Assembly: GCA_023432235.1 (NCBI GenBank)
Contig: JAEYUX010000008.1
Coordinates: 1-59,877, forward strand
DNA: 59,877 nucleotides
From: Actinomycetes bacterium
GTDB lineage: Bacteria; Actinomycetota; Actinomycetes; Actinomycetales; Demequinaceae
Reading direction: 5' to 3'
Shown here: positions 59,826 through 59,877 of the stretch, piece by piece
Layout of the letters: the number at the start of each line of letters is the position of its first letter
Position numbering within the stretch: the first letter of the stretch is position 1
The notes under the pieces: model-generated
The model's input: the letters and a program-made list of their open reading frames with translations, nothing else
Databases searched by the model: none
What the model was told of the DNA's origin: nothing
Program-made: the position numbers and the translations under genes

Positions 59826-59877
59826 ATGGACATCATCTTCTTGGCCGCGCGCATTCTCTTCGCGCTCCTCTTCATCT
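59826..59877 (+). CDS. Membrane protein N-terminus, possibly DoxX family (partial)
   Basis: TAAGGA SD; MDIIFLAARILFALLFI; only 17 codons visible. Confidence 0.55.
   Translation, partial: MDIIFLAARILFALLFI

Overview
This is a high-GC actinobacterial chromosome segment; gene order and protein sequences suggest Micrococcales, but the taxon is an inference. About 65% is the core transcription/translation supercluster: tRNA-Trp, secE-nusG-rplKA-rplJL, rpoBC, rpsL-rpsG-fusA-tuf, the S10 and spc operons, secY-adk-map, infA-rpmJ-rpsM-rpsK-rpoA-rplQ-truA and rplM-rpsI. The remainder is the usual actinobacterial glmM-coaA-glmS-acpS-alr-tsaE-tsaB-rimI-tsaD-groES-whiB-guaB-guaB3 block. I saw no mobile element, CRISPR array or rRNA. 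The best candidate for an undescribed system is a 2.6 kb insertion between map and infA. It encodes four paralogous proteins built from 26-aa LRV/HEAT-like repeats in a long-short-long-short order, preceded by a terminator-like structured leader and repeated upstream motifs that recur in the whiB/guaB intergenic region. Other observations: an unannotated 31-aa membrane-peptide ORF with a strong SD between rpoC and rpsL, a ~112-aa histone-tail-like N-terminal extension on uL15, a groES with a perfect CIRCE but no adjacent groEL, and a shared MarR/RosR-like operator in front of a nitroreductase and a DoxX-like gene.
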